NCBI GenBank assembly: GCA_963693055.1
Contig: OY843751.1
Span: 1,536,001 to 1,600,000, forward strand
Direction of reading: 5' to 3'
Source: a bacterium
Lineage (GTDB): Bacteria; Zhuqueibacterota; Zhuqueibacteria; Residuimicrobiales; Krinioviventaceae
Length of the DNA: 64,000 bases
The notes under the pieces were generated by a model, which worked only from the letters and a program-made list of their open reading frames with translations, was not told the DNA's origin and did no database searches. The number at the start of each line of letters is the position of its first letter. The first letter of the stretch is position 1. The translations under genes and the position numbers were made by a program. Shown piece by piece: positions 51,024-61,081 of the stretch.

Positions 51024-52241
51024 TTATTTTATAATTTCTCTAGGAAATTCAACACGAAAATCAGCGCCACTTTTCTCAGCAGCCATTAATTGAATATTCC
51101 CTTTGTTGGATGTTGCCAACTCCCAGCAAGAGTATAGTCCCAAACCAGATCCCTTTGTATTGCTTGTTTTTGAATCTTCCAGTTGTTTTGATGAATAAAA
51201 AGGTTCAAAAATGTGTGATTCAATTTCTTTTGGTATACCAGGACCATTGTCTGAAACCTGAAACCAAACATTGTTTTTATCTTTTCCCGTCTTTATTTGA
51301 ATAATTGGTGATTCACATTCTTCCCGCAAGGCATCAATGCTGTTTTTAACAAGGTTGTGAAGTACTTGAGCAATTTCTACAGGAATAACGTTGCATAATA
51401 ATTGTTCTGGTGAAAATTCAGTTTTTATTGCAACATCTAAATGATAGTTGTTATCAGCTTCAATATATTGCTGTTCCTGTTTTATTAATTCGTTGAGATC
51501 TATTATCTCAAATTCTGCATTTCTGTCTTTGCGTCCTTTAATTAAAATTGTATTTATGATGTTCATTAATTTTTCTGAAGATTTTTCAATTATGCTTTTG
51601 TTTCTGGCAATTTTTAATATTGTTTCATTACAAGCTTCTAATGATTCATTTTGGTTTTTATAGTCTTTAATTATTTCTGAAATAATCTCTGTTCCACCTA
51701 TAATCCCTGTTAATGGATTTTTCAGGTTATGCAAGATACCTTGAATTGAAAGGCTAACAGCGGCTTGTCTTTCTGTTTGTATCAGTTTGCGTGTACGTTC
51801 TTTGAGAATTTTTTCAAGATTTTTGTTGTATTCCCTGATTTGGTCTTGGGCTTTTTTAAGCGAAATATAGTTTTTTACACGGATCAATACTTCTTGTGTA
51901 ACAAATGGCTTTGTTATATAATCCAATGCACCTGTTTCCAAACCTTTAACTTTATCCTCGGTGTCAATACAACCGGTTAGGAAAATAATGGGTATTTCTT
52001 TAAGCTTTTCAATTGATTTTATCTTTTGGCTTAATTGAAAACCATTCAATACAGGCATCATTACATCTAACAAGATTAAATCTATATCATTTTCTTCTAG
52101 TTCTATTAACGCGTCATGTCCGTTTGTTGCGGAGTAAATTTGAAAACCAGATTGTTCAAGTATACGAACAAGTGATTTAATATTCAAGGGTTCATCATCA
52201 ACAATTAATATTTTTGCTTTGTTATGGTTATCAATATTCAT
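51024..52241 (-). CDS. REC-histidine kinase hybrid
   Basis: IVDDE..LDVMMP; HNLKNP, NLVKNS, DNGPG, GSGLGL. Confidence 0.9.
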   Translation of the reverse strand: MNIDNHNKAKILIVDDEPLNIKSLVRILEQSGFQIYSATNGHDALIELEENDIDLILLDVMMPVLNGFQLSQKIKSIEKLKEIPIIFLTGCIDTEDKVKGLETGALDYITKPFVTQEVLIRVKNYISLKKAQDQIREYNKNLEKILKERTRKLIQTERQAAVSLSIQGILHNLKNPLTGIIGGTEIISEIIKDYKNQNESLEACNETILKIARNKSIIEKSSEKLMNIINTILIKGRKDRNAEFEIIDLNELIKQEQQYIEADNNYHLDVAIKTEFSPEQLLCNVIPVEIAQVLHNLVKNSIDALREECESPIIQIKTGKDKNNVWFQVSDNGPGIPKEIESHIFEPFYSSKQLEDSKTSNTKGSGLGLYSCWELATSNKGNIQLMAAEKSGADFRVEFPREIIK

Positions 52242-52369
52242 TTTACACCTTGAGTAATTATAATGATATATTATTATTAAATGTAGCATAAATTATTCCA
52301 TCAAGATAATTGTTGATATAATAGTTGTTTTTTCTTACTATCAAATAATTAATATATTTGGATTTTGTT

Positions 52370-53191
52370 ATGAAAAAAGCATCTTTTGTTTTTGAAAAAA
52401 ATCAAGTCATTGGAAGCATTATACCGGGTTTGATACATGAAATAAATAATCCCCTGACATTCCTGAATAGTAATAATTCATCATTACTACAATATTTTTC
52501 TGTAATTAAAGAATATATAGAATTATTGGAAAAGAATTCATCTGATCTGGATGACGAAAAAAAGCAAGAGATATTGCAATTTAAATCTGATAAAAATATT
52601 GATTTTCTTTTGGAGGATATAACTGATATTCTGGATGAATGCTCGGAAGGATTGCAACGCATTCAAAAAATAGTATCTAGTATGAAAAATATGTACCAAA
52701 CATCATCTGAACAGCAATTTGATTCTGTTGATTTGAATGATTTATTGTCAAATCTTGTTGTCTTGACGCGCAATGAAATTAAATACCACGCAAATGTTAA
52801 TTTTAAAAGTAATGATCTGCCCATGATTCAATGTAATTCTAGTCTGCTATCCTGGATATTATTCAAGAGTTTTTTGACTGCTAGCCAATTGTTGAAAATA
52901 ATCATGACAGATGATGTTGCATTTTTTAATATTCAAACAAAAATTGAATCAGATAATGTTTTGATTCAAATTGATTTTTTCAATTCTACACTTGATAGTG
53001 TAGATGATGAGAATACAATATTGGAAAAGTTGAATACAGTTTTAATGGAAAAGTATAGATTTGTATTTGAACCAATGATTATTTCTCAAGAATTGAAAAG
53101 ATGCTTTAATGATGGTGAGGGATCGTTTAGTTATATTTTTACCGGTCCAGAACCGGGATTTAGATTTTTTTTACCCTTGCAGAATGATTGA
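52370..53191 (+). CDS. HisKA protein with degenerate ATPase domain
   Basis: IHEINNPL H-box intact; no N, G1, F or G2 boxes visible. Confidence 0.7.
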   Translation: MKKASFVFEKNQVIGSIIPGLIHEINNPLTFLNSNNSSLLQYFSVIKEYIELLEKNSSDLDDEKKQEILQFKSDKNIDFLLEDITDILDECSEGLQRIQKIVSSMKNMYQTSSEQQFDSVDLNDLLSNLVVLTRNEIKYHANVNFKSNDLPMIQCNSSLLSWILFKSFLTASQLLKIIMTDDVAFFNIQTKIESDNVLIQIDFFNSTLDSVDDENTILEKLNTVLMEKYRFVFEPMIISQELKRCFNDGEGSFSYIFTGPEPGFRFFLPLQND

Positions 53192-53211
53192 TTTTTTAAG
53201 GAGTTTTAAAA

Positions 53212-53865
53212 ATGGAATCTACTGAAAATGGATCTGTATTATTTTTAGATGATGATAAAAGTATTTTAAAGATGTTTAAAAGAATTTTTATTAATGAACC
53301 CCTTGAAACGTTTTATTCAGATTCTGTTTCTGATGCAATTTCTATTTTGGAAAATAATGAAATTGAAATTGTTGTATCTGACTTGACAATACCAGGACAG
53401 GGAGGACTGAAATTTTTAAATATTGTACGTGAAAAATTTCCGCATATTATTCGAATTGTTATTACAGGGCATGCAGAGATGCCGTTGACATTAAAGCAGC
53501 AAAAAGATGATCCTGTATTTAGATATATTGTTAAACCCTGGCCCAATGATCACGAGTTGGTTAATACTGTGAAGCAGGCTTTGGAATTGTTCAAGTATAA
53601 AAAGTTTTGGTTTGAGAACAAATATAGCCAAAACAAAAAGAGTAATGAGGGTGAGGCAGATAATGATGTACATGGTGAAAAAAACGATCCTGAAAAATTA
53701 AAAATTGTTCTCCATTTTTTGAATAATGATGTCAACAATTTTGTACATTCTTGTGATGCAATGATAAACAAGGATGTTAAAAAATATGTAGAAATTTCTC
53801 GTTATGTTAATTTTAAAAAAGATCTGGAACATATTTTACATTTTATTAACAGTTTGAATGATTAA
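53212..53865 (+). CDS. Response regulator
   Basis: FLDDD, VSDL, TG, KPW. Confidence 0.85.
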   Translation: MESTENGSVLFLDDDKSILKMFKRIFINEPLETFYSDSVSDAISILENNEIEIVVSDLTIPGQGGLKFLNIVREKFPHIIRIVITGHAEMPLTLKQQKDDPVFRYIVKPWPNDHELVNTVKQALELFKYKKFWFENKYSQNKKSNEGEADNDVHGEKNDPEKLKIVLHFLNNDVNNFVHSCDAMINKDVKKYVEISRYVNFKKDLEHILHFINSLND

Positions 53866-53950
53866 TTTTCTTTTTATTATTATCTATGTATATTTCTATT
53901 AATCATAGTAATATTATTAATTTTGTGGGGAATTTGCAATAGGGGTGTAT

Positions 53951-55990
53951 ATGAACTCCAATAACAGTATATTCGTTTATCTTTTTATTTTGTCAGTTTT
54001 GAATACATGCAGTGCGTTTGCAGGGTGGGTAGAAAATCCGGATTTTTTCAATCGGTCTGATTTAACCCAAAATAATAACGGCTATGTGTTTGCCTTGGGC
54101 GATATGGATCATGACGGCTTTGCGGATCTGATAACCAGTGGGGAAGATGGGTGCCGGTTTTTCAAGAACCGGGGAGATGGGAGTAACATTAAATTTGATT
54201 TGATGGAGGCATGGGGACAATCATTAAAAGATATCGTAATGTATTGGGGATTTCAGCCTATTCTTACTGATTTAAATAATGACGGATACAGCGATCTGAT
54301 TTATTACAAGGATTACAATACTTTTACCTGTTGGTTGAATACCGGTAAAAGCGATGTTATAGATTTTGTGCAGGCAGACTCGCTGATTAATGGTATTCAA
54401 TTGGCCGGATTCGAGTTGAAATCCATTGCCGATCTGGACCATGATGGAGATCAGGATGTACTGGCAACACAATCCGGTATATATTATGTCTTGCGAAATA
54501 CAGGCACCAGACTTGATCCTGTTTGGGAAAGAGATACGAATCCCATCACTATTATTGGAAATGAAAGTTGTATGACTCTGTCTGCCATGTTTGTGGATTG
54601 GGACCATGATGATGAATATGAGCTTGCAGTTTCACTGGGTTGGCCAGAAGCAAGTGGATACATGGCTATCGCAGAAAATACGGGTAGCTCGGATAATATG
54701 GTTTATGATTTTTCGAAAAATCGATTATATCTGCATACTTACTGGGGATTTAATTACACTTTTGGCGATGTAACAGGAGATGATAAAGTTGAACTGATGA
54801 GTCCCGATCATTTTTGGGGTTTAACTTGCTGGAATATAAATACACTAACGGATGATCCTTTTATCAAATTAAAATCCTGGCAACGTATTGCGGGTAATCG
54901 TGAAACAGCATTTGAAATAAAATCAATATCAAAACATGGAGATTGTGAATTACAAATTTTATCCATGTCATCTTTTTCAGATTATTGGAGTGGTTATCTG
55001 AGTTTGGAAAAATTTTCAATCTCGGATTCTAATGTTACATTGACAAGAATGGGCACTGTTGCCGGAACTGGAAGGCTTTTATATCCCAGTATACAAACAG
55101 TTGATTTGGGTCAGGATGGATCTTTTTTACTCATGTCAGCAAAGCTCATGCAGGGGGAATATTGGGAAGCTGTACCTGTTGGAAGTGAAGTGATTGTCCA
55201 AACGATAGAACCAAATCCTTATGATTATCCTTTTTATGATTTGTTTCAACAGTTCTATGGGGATTCGGTCTACTATGATCCGAAAATGGTGGATATTAAT
55301 CATGACGGTACCCTGGATCTGTTGATGCAGGAATCAGGTTTGTATATGTTTTGGGAGAATACGGGTACACTCTATGAACCGCACTGGGAAAAACGTCCGG
55401 AATGGCTTAGTGGCCTTGCAGAACATTATTATTACCAGTGCGCAATTGTTGATATGAACAATGACGGTTTGGAAGATATTGTGTTCAGTGAATCTAGTGC
55501 ACCTATGACATTATTTTTAAATACGGGTACCAATAGTCTGCCACATTGGACATATGATGCAGGTGTATTTGAGGATTTACCTGTTTATGAATGTATAACA
55601 CACAATTTTTATGATGTTGATGATGACGGTGATCAGGACTTGATATTCAGTGATGAAGCAGGCGAATTATATTGTTATTTGAACGATGGCGTTAATGTTG
55701 GAATTGATCAAGTGATAATGCAGCCGCACCAATTTGTGTTAGAGCAGAACTATCCAAATCCCTTCAATCCTGAAACAACGATAAGGTACAAGTTGACGGA
55801 GCAGGCATGGGTAGAGATCAGTATTTTCGACATCACTGGCAGAAAGATCAATACGTTGGTAAATGAACATCAGGCAGCGGGAGCATATTCGGTACGGTTT
55901 GATAGCAGCGACCTAGCGAGCGGAGTGTATATTTATACGATTGAAGCAGGGGATTACCGCGAGAGCAAAAAGATGGTGGTGGTGAGATAA
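53951..55990 (+). CDS. Secreted FG-GAP repeat protein with T9SS-type CTD
   Basis: DxDxDGxxD repeats; LEQNYPNPFNP..LASGVY..SKKMVVVR. Confidence 0.85.
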   Translation: MNSNNSIFVYLFILSVLNTCSAFAGWVENPDFFNRSDLTQNNNGYVFALGDMDHDGFADLITSGEDGCRFFKNRGDGSNIKFDLMEAWGQSLKDIVMYWGFQPILTDLNNDGYSDLIYYKDYNTFTCWLNTGKSDVIDFVQADSLINGIQLAGFELKSIADLDHDGDQDVLATQSGIYYVLRNTGTRLDPVWERDTNPITIIGNESCMTLSAMFVDWDHDDEYELAVSLGWPEASGYMAIAENTGSSDNMVYDFSKNRLYLHTYWGFNYTFGDVTGDDKVELMSPDHFWGLTCWNINTLTDDPFIKLKSWQRIAGNRETAFEIKSISKHGDCELQILSMSSFSDYWSGYLSLEKFSISDSNVTLTRMGTVAGTGRLLYPSIQTVDLGQDGSFLLMSAKLMQGEYWEAVPVGSEVIVQTIEPNPYDYPFYDLFQQFYGDSVYYDPKMVDINHDGTLDLLMQESGLYMFWENTGTLYEPHWEKRPEWLSGLAEHYYYQCAIVDMNNDGLEDIVFSESSAPMTLFLNTGTNSLPHWTYDAGVFEDLPVYECITHNFYDVDDDGDQDLIFSDEAGELYCYLNDGVNVGIDQVIMQPHQFVLEQNYPNPFNPETTIRYKLTEQAWVEISIFDITGRKINTLVNEHQAAGAYSVRFDSSDLASGVYIYTIEAGDYRESKKMVVVR

Positions 55991-56166
55991 ATCCACCAGA
56001 ATAGTTAGCTACGAATTTTGCTTAAAGTTGAAAAAAATTTCTTGCACCTTTATTAATTATTGTATACATTGTTTTATATATCAAACAAAAAGTGCCTATG
56101 AGTGTTAATGTTTGATATGGGTATTTTCTTTTAAATTATTACAATGTAAAACAGGGAGGTGTATTT

Positions 56167-56667
56167 TTGAGTAATATAGGTATATTTTATGGTTCTTCTA
56201 CGGGAAATACTGAAGCTGCTGCTGATAAAATTAAAGCTTTTCTTGGCAGCGCTGATGTTAAAAGTATAGATGTTGCTTCAATAGATGATTTAACAAATTA
56301 TAGTAATATTTTAATTGGTTCTTCGACCTGGGGTTATGGTGAACTTCAGGATGACTGGGAAGAAACAGTTGACCAACTGACCTCGCTTGATCTTTCTGGC
56401 AAAAAGGTGGCTTTTTTCGGTTTGGGTGATCAGACCGGATACCCAGATACCTTTGTAGATGCAATGGGGTTGCTTTATGAAGCTCTTAAAAATTCAAATG
56501 CAGAGTTTATTGGTGCCTGGCCTGCGGATGATTACGATTTTGATGAATCCAAAGCTTTGGTTAATGGCAAATTTGTTGGTCTTGCCCTGGATGATGATAA
56601 CCAAGCCGACAAGACTGATGAGCGTATTGAAAAATGGACAGGTTTACTGAAAACTGAATTGCATTAA
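56167..56667 (+). CDS. fldA: Long-chain flavodoxin
   Basis: YGSSTGNT, STWGYGELQ, FGLGDQ..Y, GLALDDDNQ; RBS GGAGG before TTG. Confidence 0.9.
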   Translation: MSNIGIFYGSSTGNTEAAADKIKAFLGSADVKSIDVASIDDLTNYSNILIGSSTWGYGELQDDWEETVDQLTSLDLSGKKVAFFGLGDQTGYPDTFVDAMGLLYEALKNSNAEFIGAWPADDYDFDESKALVNGKFVGLALDDDNQADKTDERIEKWTGLLKTELH

Positions 56668-56681
56668 GAAAGAGTTAGTTT

Positions 56682-57077
56682 ATGGATATACTAGGTCATC
56701 ATATTTATGAATATAAACGTGGGGTGCGAAGTTTGATGCTCCGTACGCTTGATATTATCAATCTTGATTTGGCAATTGAACGGATAGTACGAGACGGGAT
56801 TTTCTATCATGTGCTACCGGTTACAGATAAAAAAGTGAATATATTTTTTGGAGACAAGATTTGTGTTGACATTGTAGTAGGTTTTGGAGACAAAGCCCTG
56901 CACGAGTATTCACATGAACAGGATTTTATCCTGGGTATTATGTTGGGTTACAGTCGTGTAGAACAATGTAAACGATATATAAAACGTATACACCGGGGTG
57001 TTCAGGATACAACGACTAAAAGTTTGTTTCAAGAGAGAGCTGAACTAACCCCGAAATTTATGGTACTGCAGCAATGA
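56682..57077 (+). CDS. DUF2023 family protein
   Basis: 'HHIYEYKRGVRSL..NIFFG..EQDFILGIMLGY..QC.RY'; adjacent to flavodoxin. Confidence 0.8.
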   Translation: MDILGHHIYEYKRGVRSLMLRTLDIINLDLAIERIVRDGIFYHVLPVTDKKVNIFFGDKICVDIVVGFGDKALHEYSHEQDFILGIMLGYSRVEQCKRYIKRIHRGVQDTTTKSLFQERAELTPKFMVLQQ

Positions 57078-57107
57078 TCATGTTTGCATTCTTCCAGCCA
57101 CAAAAAG

Positions 57108-57137
57108 AAAGGGTCTGTCGCAATGACAGGCCCTTTT
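57108..57137. terminator. Bidirectional terminator
   Basis: AAAGGGTCTGTC-GCAAT-GACAGGCCCTTTT. Confidence 0.75.
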
Positions 57138-57142
57138 GATTT

Positions 57143-58117
57143 TTATCCCTGGTACCAAAAAGCACGATACCAATAATGTTTACGTAATTTATTCATCAAT
57201 GCTTCCGGTATATCCGCAAGATCAGACATAGCTGTATTCATTTCTGCCTGATGCACGTTGCGCACACCGGTAATGACTGTACTAACAGCCGGATGCTGGA
57301 GCGCGAATTTTACTGCGGCTTCTGGCAGGGTATAATCACTGCCTTCCAGATCTGCTTTGATGTTGTCCAGTCTGTTGAGCGTATCTTCAAGACGGTCACC
57401 TTTGAAATATTTGTTACGAAAATCACCATCCGGGAATTTGTGTCCGCGATTATATTTACCGGTCAAAATGCCTTCGTCAAAGACAACCCGAACGATAATA
57501 CCCACATTATGCTTTTGCGCCAGAGGTAACAGTTCTGCAGCGGGTTCCTGTTCAAACAGGTTATAGATAACCTGTACCGTATCCAGATAGCCCTGCCGCA
57601 TCAGGTCGTTAACCGCGTTTTGGTCTGGTTCCGGTGTTGAAATACCAATATGTTTAATTTTGCCTTCTTGCTGGAGTTTTTTCAGAATATCGAATGGTCG
57701 TGGATCGTGGTTCCATGCGCGGGTCCAGGTGTGGAGCTGGAGAATGTCCAGACACTCAGTATTCAGATTACGCAGTCGCTGTTCCACATTCTGTCGCACA
57801 TATTTTTCAGAATAGCGTTCATCCATATTACAATAGGGAGAGGGAGGCCAGGGGCCGGCATCGGGGGGCGTTTTGGTAGCAACAATTAACTCTTCTTTTC
57901 TTTCTTTCAGTATTTTGGCAATGAGTCTTTCGCTCCCGCCATCACCATAACCTGCTGCAGTGTCGATAAAATTCACACCATTATCAATTGCCTTGTGCAG
58001 GGCTTTGAGAGATTCATTATCATCCTGAGTGCCCCACATGGATTCTCCAATAGCCCATGCGCCAAAACCAATTTCAGAGATTTCAAGGTTTGTACGTCCG
58101 AGTGTACGATATTTCAT
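57143..58117 (-). CDS. Aldo/keto reductase
   Basis: IGFGAW, FIDTAAGYG, ATK, LQLH. Confidence 0.9.
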   Translation of the reverse strand: MKYRTLGRTNLEISEIGFGAWAIGESMWGTQDDNESLKALHKAIDNGVNFIDTAAGYGDGGSERLIAKILKERKEELIVATKTPPDAGPWPPSPYCNMDERYSEKYVRQNVEQRLRNLNTECLDILQLHTWTRAWNHDPRPFDILKKLQQEGKIKHIGISTPEPDQNAVNDLMRQGYLDTVQVIYNLFEQEPAAELLPLAQKHNVGIIVRVVFDEGILTGKYNRGHKFPDGDFRNKYFKGDRLEDTLNRLDNIKADLEGSDYTLPEAAVKFALQHPAVSTVITGVRNVHQAEMNTAMSDLADIPEALMNKLRKHYWYRAFWYQG

Positions 58118-58169
58118 AGTTGCTCCTTTTTATCAGTACTAACAGGATTGGGGAGGAAATTAATTCCAA

Positions 58170-58973
58170 TTATTCTTTGATTGCCATTCCTTTGAACCAG
58201 GTATAGAAAAAAGTGCCGTCAGGTAGAGTACCGGAACTGCCCAGTTCTGAGATTCCCCGTTCCCAGGTTTCAATATCTACAATCTTTTCATCCAGAATTT
58301 GCTTTTTGGAGGATTGAACCATAGGAACAATGATCTTGTTAACCATTCCCTCCAGTGCGTTTTTCTTTCCCAAATCTCCATAAATATAACGTGGTGATAC
58401 GTCCTGAACTTTTAACCCGGATTCATGCAATAGCGGATATAAACGTCTACCAATATTTGGATCGTGTCCCAGTTTCCGTTGTGCAGTGATAAGCGCGTTC
58501 CAGACTTTTAATGATGCATCAGTTTCCGGATTCCAGAAACAGGAGCCGTGGTCTCCTTCAATTGCTGTTAACGTACCACCGGGTTTCAATACCCGTCTGC
58601 ATTCCTGCAATGCCAGACCGGGGGTATCCAGATGTTCTAAAACAAAACAAACAAATACATGATCAAATGTATTGTCATTATACGGCAGTTCAAGGATGCT
58701 ACCCTGTTGAAATTTTACATTTTTAAATCCTTTAGACTGTACCGCTTTTTCCGCTTTTGTAAGAGATTCCTCAGATATATCCAAAGATGTAAATTGTGCA
58801 TTTGGACTGTTTTTAGCAAGGATAACCGTTTGTGCGCCCACACCACAACCGGCTTCCAGGATAGATGACCCTGATGGATAGGTTGTGCCTGTGTGCAGTA
58901 TTTGTTCAAGAATTCCGGACTGATCCTGTAAGCGTTCAGATTCGCGTTCCGAATAACCATGTACGTAGCCCAT
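58170..58973 (-). CDS. Class I SAM-dependent methyltransferase
   Basis: LEAGCGVG, FDHV, RVLKPGG. Confidence 0.9.
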   Translation of the reverse strand: MGYVHGYSERESERLQDQSGILEQILHTGTTYPSGSSILEAGCGVGAQTVILAKNSPNAQFTSLDISEESLTKAEKAVQSKGFKNVKFQQGSILELPYNDNTFDHVFVCFVLEHLDTPGLALQECRRVLKPGGTLTAIEGDHGSCFWNPETDASLKVWNALITAQRKLGHDPNIGRRLYPLLHESGLKVQDVSPRYIYGDLGKKNALEGMVNKIIVPMVQSSKKQILDEKIVDIETWERGISELGSSGTLPDGTFFYTWFKGMAIKE

Positions 58974-59168
58974 GTAAACCTCTATTTATATGATAAACCA
59001 TTGTATGTTCTTTTATAATATTGTATAAAGAAAAGGTTCCAGAATTTTACATAAAAAATATTGCCAAGAAATGCTAAAAAAAGATTGAAATGGTTTTTCA
59101 TCCTAACTTTTATGGGGATTAAATTCAATCTAACAATTTCAAAGGCCCAACAGTCGAAAAGTAAAAGT

Positions 59169-59572
59169 TTAATGCTTTTTTCTGGAATAGAAATAACTGA
59201 AAGTGAATTTTGCTACCAGCGCAATTCTAAGTATAATACTTTTTATAAATCCCTGGCCATTCAAGAGATTTGGAAAAATAAAAAGTTCGGTAATAACAGA
59301 AAAGAGTAAGAGCAGAGCAGTTATGACCAACAAGTCTCTGCGTTCAAGAGGTTTCCGGTATCCCATGCCAGTATGATGGTCCAACCGGTCATAAACAAAG
59401 CTGCAATATACATGGCAAGCTGATAATCCGGTCCTGCTCCGGTATGGCCATTCAAATAATTGGGGATATTGATACCAAAAGCGATCATGTACCAGTTTAG
59501 TGCCACTATTGCATCTGCAATGGTGCCGATAAGGAAACTCAGTTTTAACCAGAAAACTGCTTTGGTATTCAT
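59169..59572 (-). pseudogene. Four-TM membrane protein with a 1-nt frameshift
   Basis: MNTKAV..IILAW in one frame continues as GYRKPLERR..RKKH in another; shift at G-run 59362-59364. Confidence 0.7.
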
Positions 59573-59632
59573 AATGGATCCTTGAATTATAAAAAGAAAC
59601 GAGCGATGCAAATTGCACATCGCCCGTTTAGG

Positions 59633-60028
59633 TCAGGGGATAAAACGTATAATAAGGGGATAGCGATATCGCTCGCCATCTCTGGCCCGTAAAGCTGCAA
59701 TGATTGATACAACCAATGCAAAAATTGCTACTGCAACTACTAGTGGTATACCCACCGCTACAAATACCAGAATAATGGAAACAATCATGTAAATCATTAT
59801 ACTGAGCTGAAAATTCACAGCTTCTTTACCCTGGTCTGCAACCAACTCATATTTGTCCCGGTAGATGAGATATAGCACCAGGGGAATAATAACATTGGCT
59901 GGTGGAAATAGCATGCCAATTAATCCACCCAGGTGGCAAAAGGATGCCAGCATGCGTTCATCACCGAGGGGAGATGGATTTGTTGGGGGTGTTTCAGTTG
60001 TTTCCGGAGCTTTTTGCTCTTCACTCAT
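59633..60028 (-). CDS. DUF4870 membrane protein
   Basis: 'HL..PL..DQGKEAVNFQ..G..YRYPL'. Confidence 0.85.
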   Translation of the reverse strand: MSEEQKAPETTETPPTNPSPLGDERMLASFCHLGGLIGMLFPPANVIIPLVLYLIYRDKYELVADQGKEAVNFQLSIMIYMIVSIILVFVAVGIPLVVAVAIFALVVSIIAALRARDGERYRYPLIIRFIP

Positions 60029-60139
60029 GTTGTCTCCTTTATGTTTATTATAATATACGATCAGTTTTTAAAATTGTTACTAATTTTACTATATATTATA
60101 CACTTTTCCTTTATGGAATATTCAATATACTCCATATTT

Positions 60140-61036
60140 TTATTTTTTGGATATTCCCATTACATCCATCCAATCGATGAGGCGTGTGGGCCAGGAGGTA
60201 ACAGGACCGCCTTTAACACCCAGACCGAATCCATGTCCGCCTTTTAAATATACGTGCATTTCTGCCGGTGTGTTTTGTTCCAGGAGTAAACGGTATAAAT
60301 GTGTTGATTTCAACGCAGGTGTGGTTTTGTCATCTGCTGCCTGAATGAGAAATGTTGGTGGAAAGGGATTGGGGATCATTTCGTCAGTAATATTGATTAG
60401 CCAGGGGTAAACCAGTACCGCATAATCGGGATGACTGCTAACGCGCGCAACAGGATCTGCTGCTGCGGGATCTCCGGCATTTCCTAAAATTGATACATTA
60501 CAGGCAAGGTTTCCACCAGCAGAGAAACCCATTACACCGATCTTTTCAGGATCAATATTCCATTTTTTTGCATGATAACGGGTGATCTGTACTGCCCGCA
60601 ATCCGTCAGCAAATATCGCATCCAGTTTGGTCTTGTCGGTGTTGTCACCTTTCATGGGATCGTGAACCGGCCAGGTACGATATTTTACCACAATTGCTGC
60701 AATGCCATGAGAGTTTAATACTTTGGCTACATCATAACCTTCTTTATCGATGGTGACTTTGACGTATCCACCACCGGGATAAATGACAATAGCCGCGCCG
60801 GTGGCTTTATCTTGATCAGGAAGGTATACGGTTATATTGGGTTCGGAAACATGCCAGTACGCGCGGTTGAATCCCAGTTCGTTGCGATCTGATTCGCGAT
60901 TTTCAAGTTCTTCCGGTTTTTCATGCTGAATGGTATTGATAGGAGGCGTTCCCGGCCAAAGGGGCAGGATTTCTGGTGTTTGAGCATAGATGTATTGGCT
61001 TATTGTCAAACAGATCAAAAATAATAATATCTTCAT
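60140..61036 (-). CDS. Secreted alpha/beta hydrolase (paralog of 7442 ORF)
   Basis: PGGGY, IDKEGYDVA, GFSAGG, GGHGFG. Confidence 0.85.
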   Translation of the reverse strand: MKILLFLICLTISQYIYAQTPEILPLWPGTPPINTIQHEKPEELENRESDRNELGFNRAYWHVSEPNITVYLPDQDKATGAAIVIYPGGGYVKVTIDKEGYDVAKVLNSHGIAAIVVKYRTWPVHDPMKGDNTDKTKLDAIFADGLRAVQITRYHAKKWNIDPEKIGVMGFSAGGNLACNVSILGNAGDPAAADPVARVSSHPDYAVLVYPWLINITDEMIPNPFPPTFLIQAADDKTTPALKSTHLYRLLLEQNTPAEMHVYLKGGHGFGLGVKGGPVTSWPTRLIDWMDVMGISKK

Positions 61037-61081
61037 TTTTCCCTCTTGAATAATCAATGATTTTTTATGGAAATAGTAATA

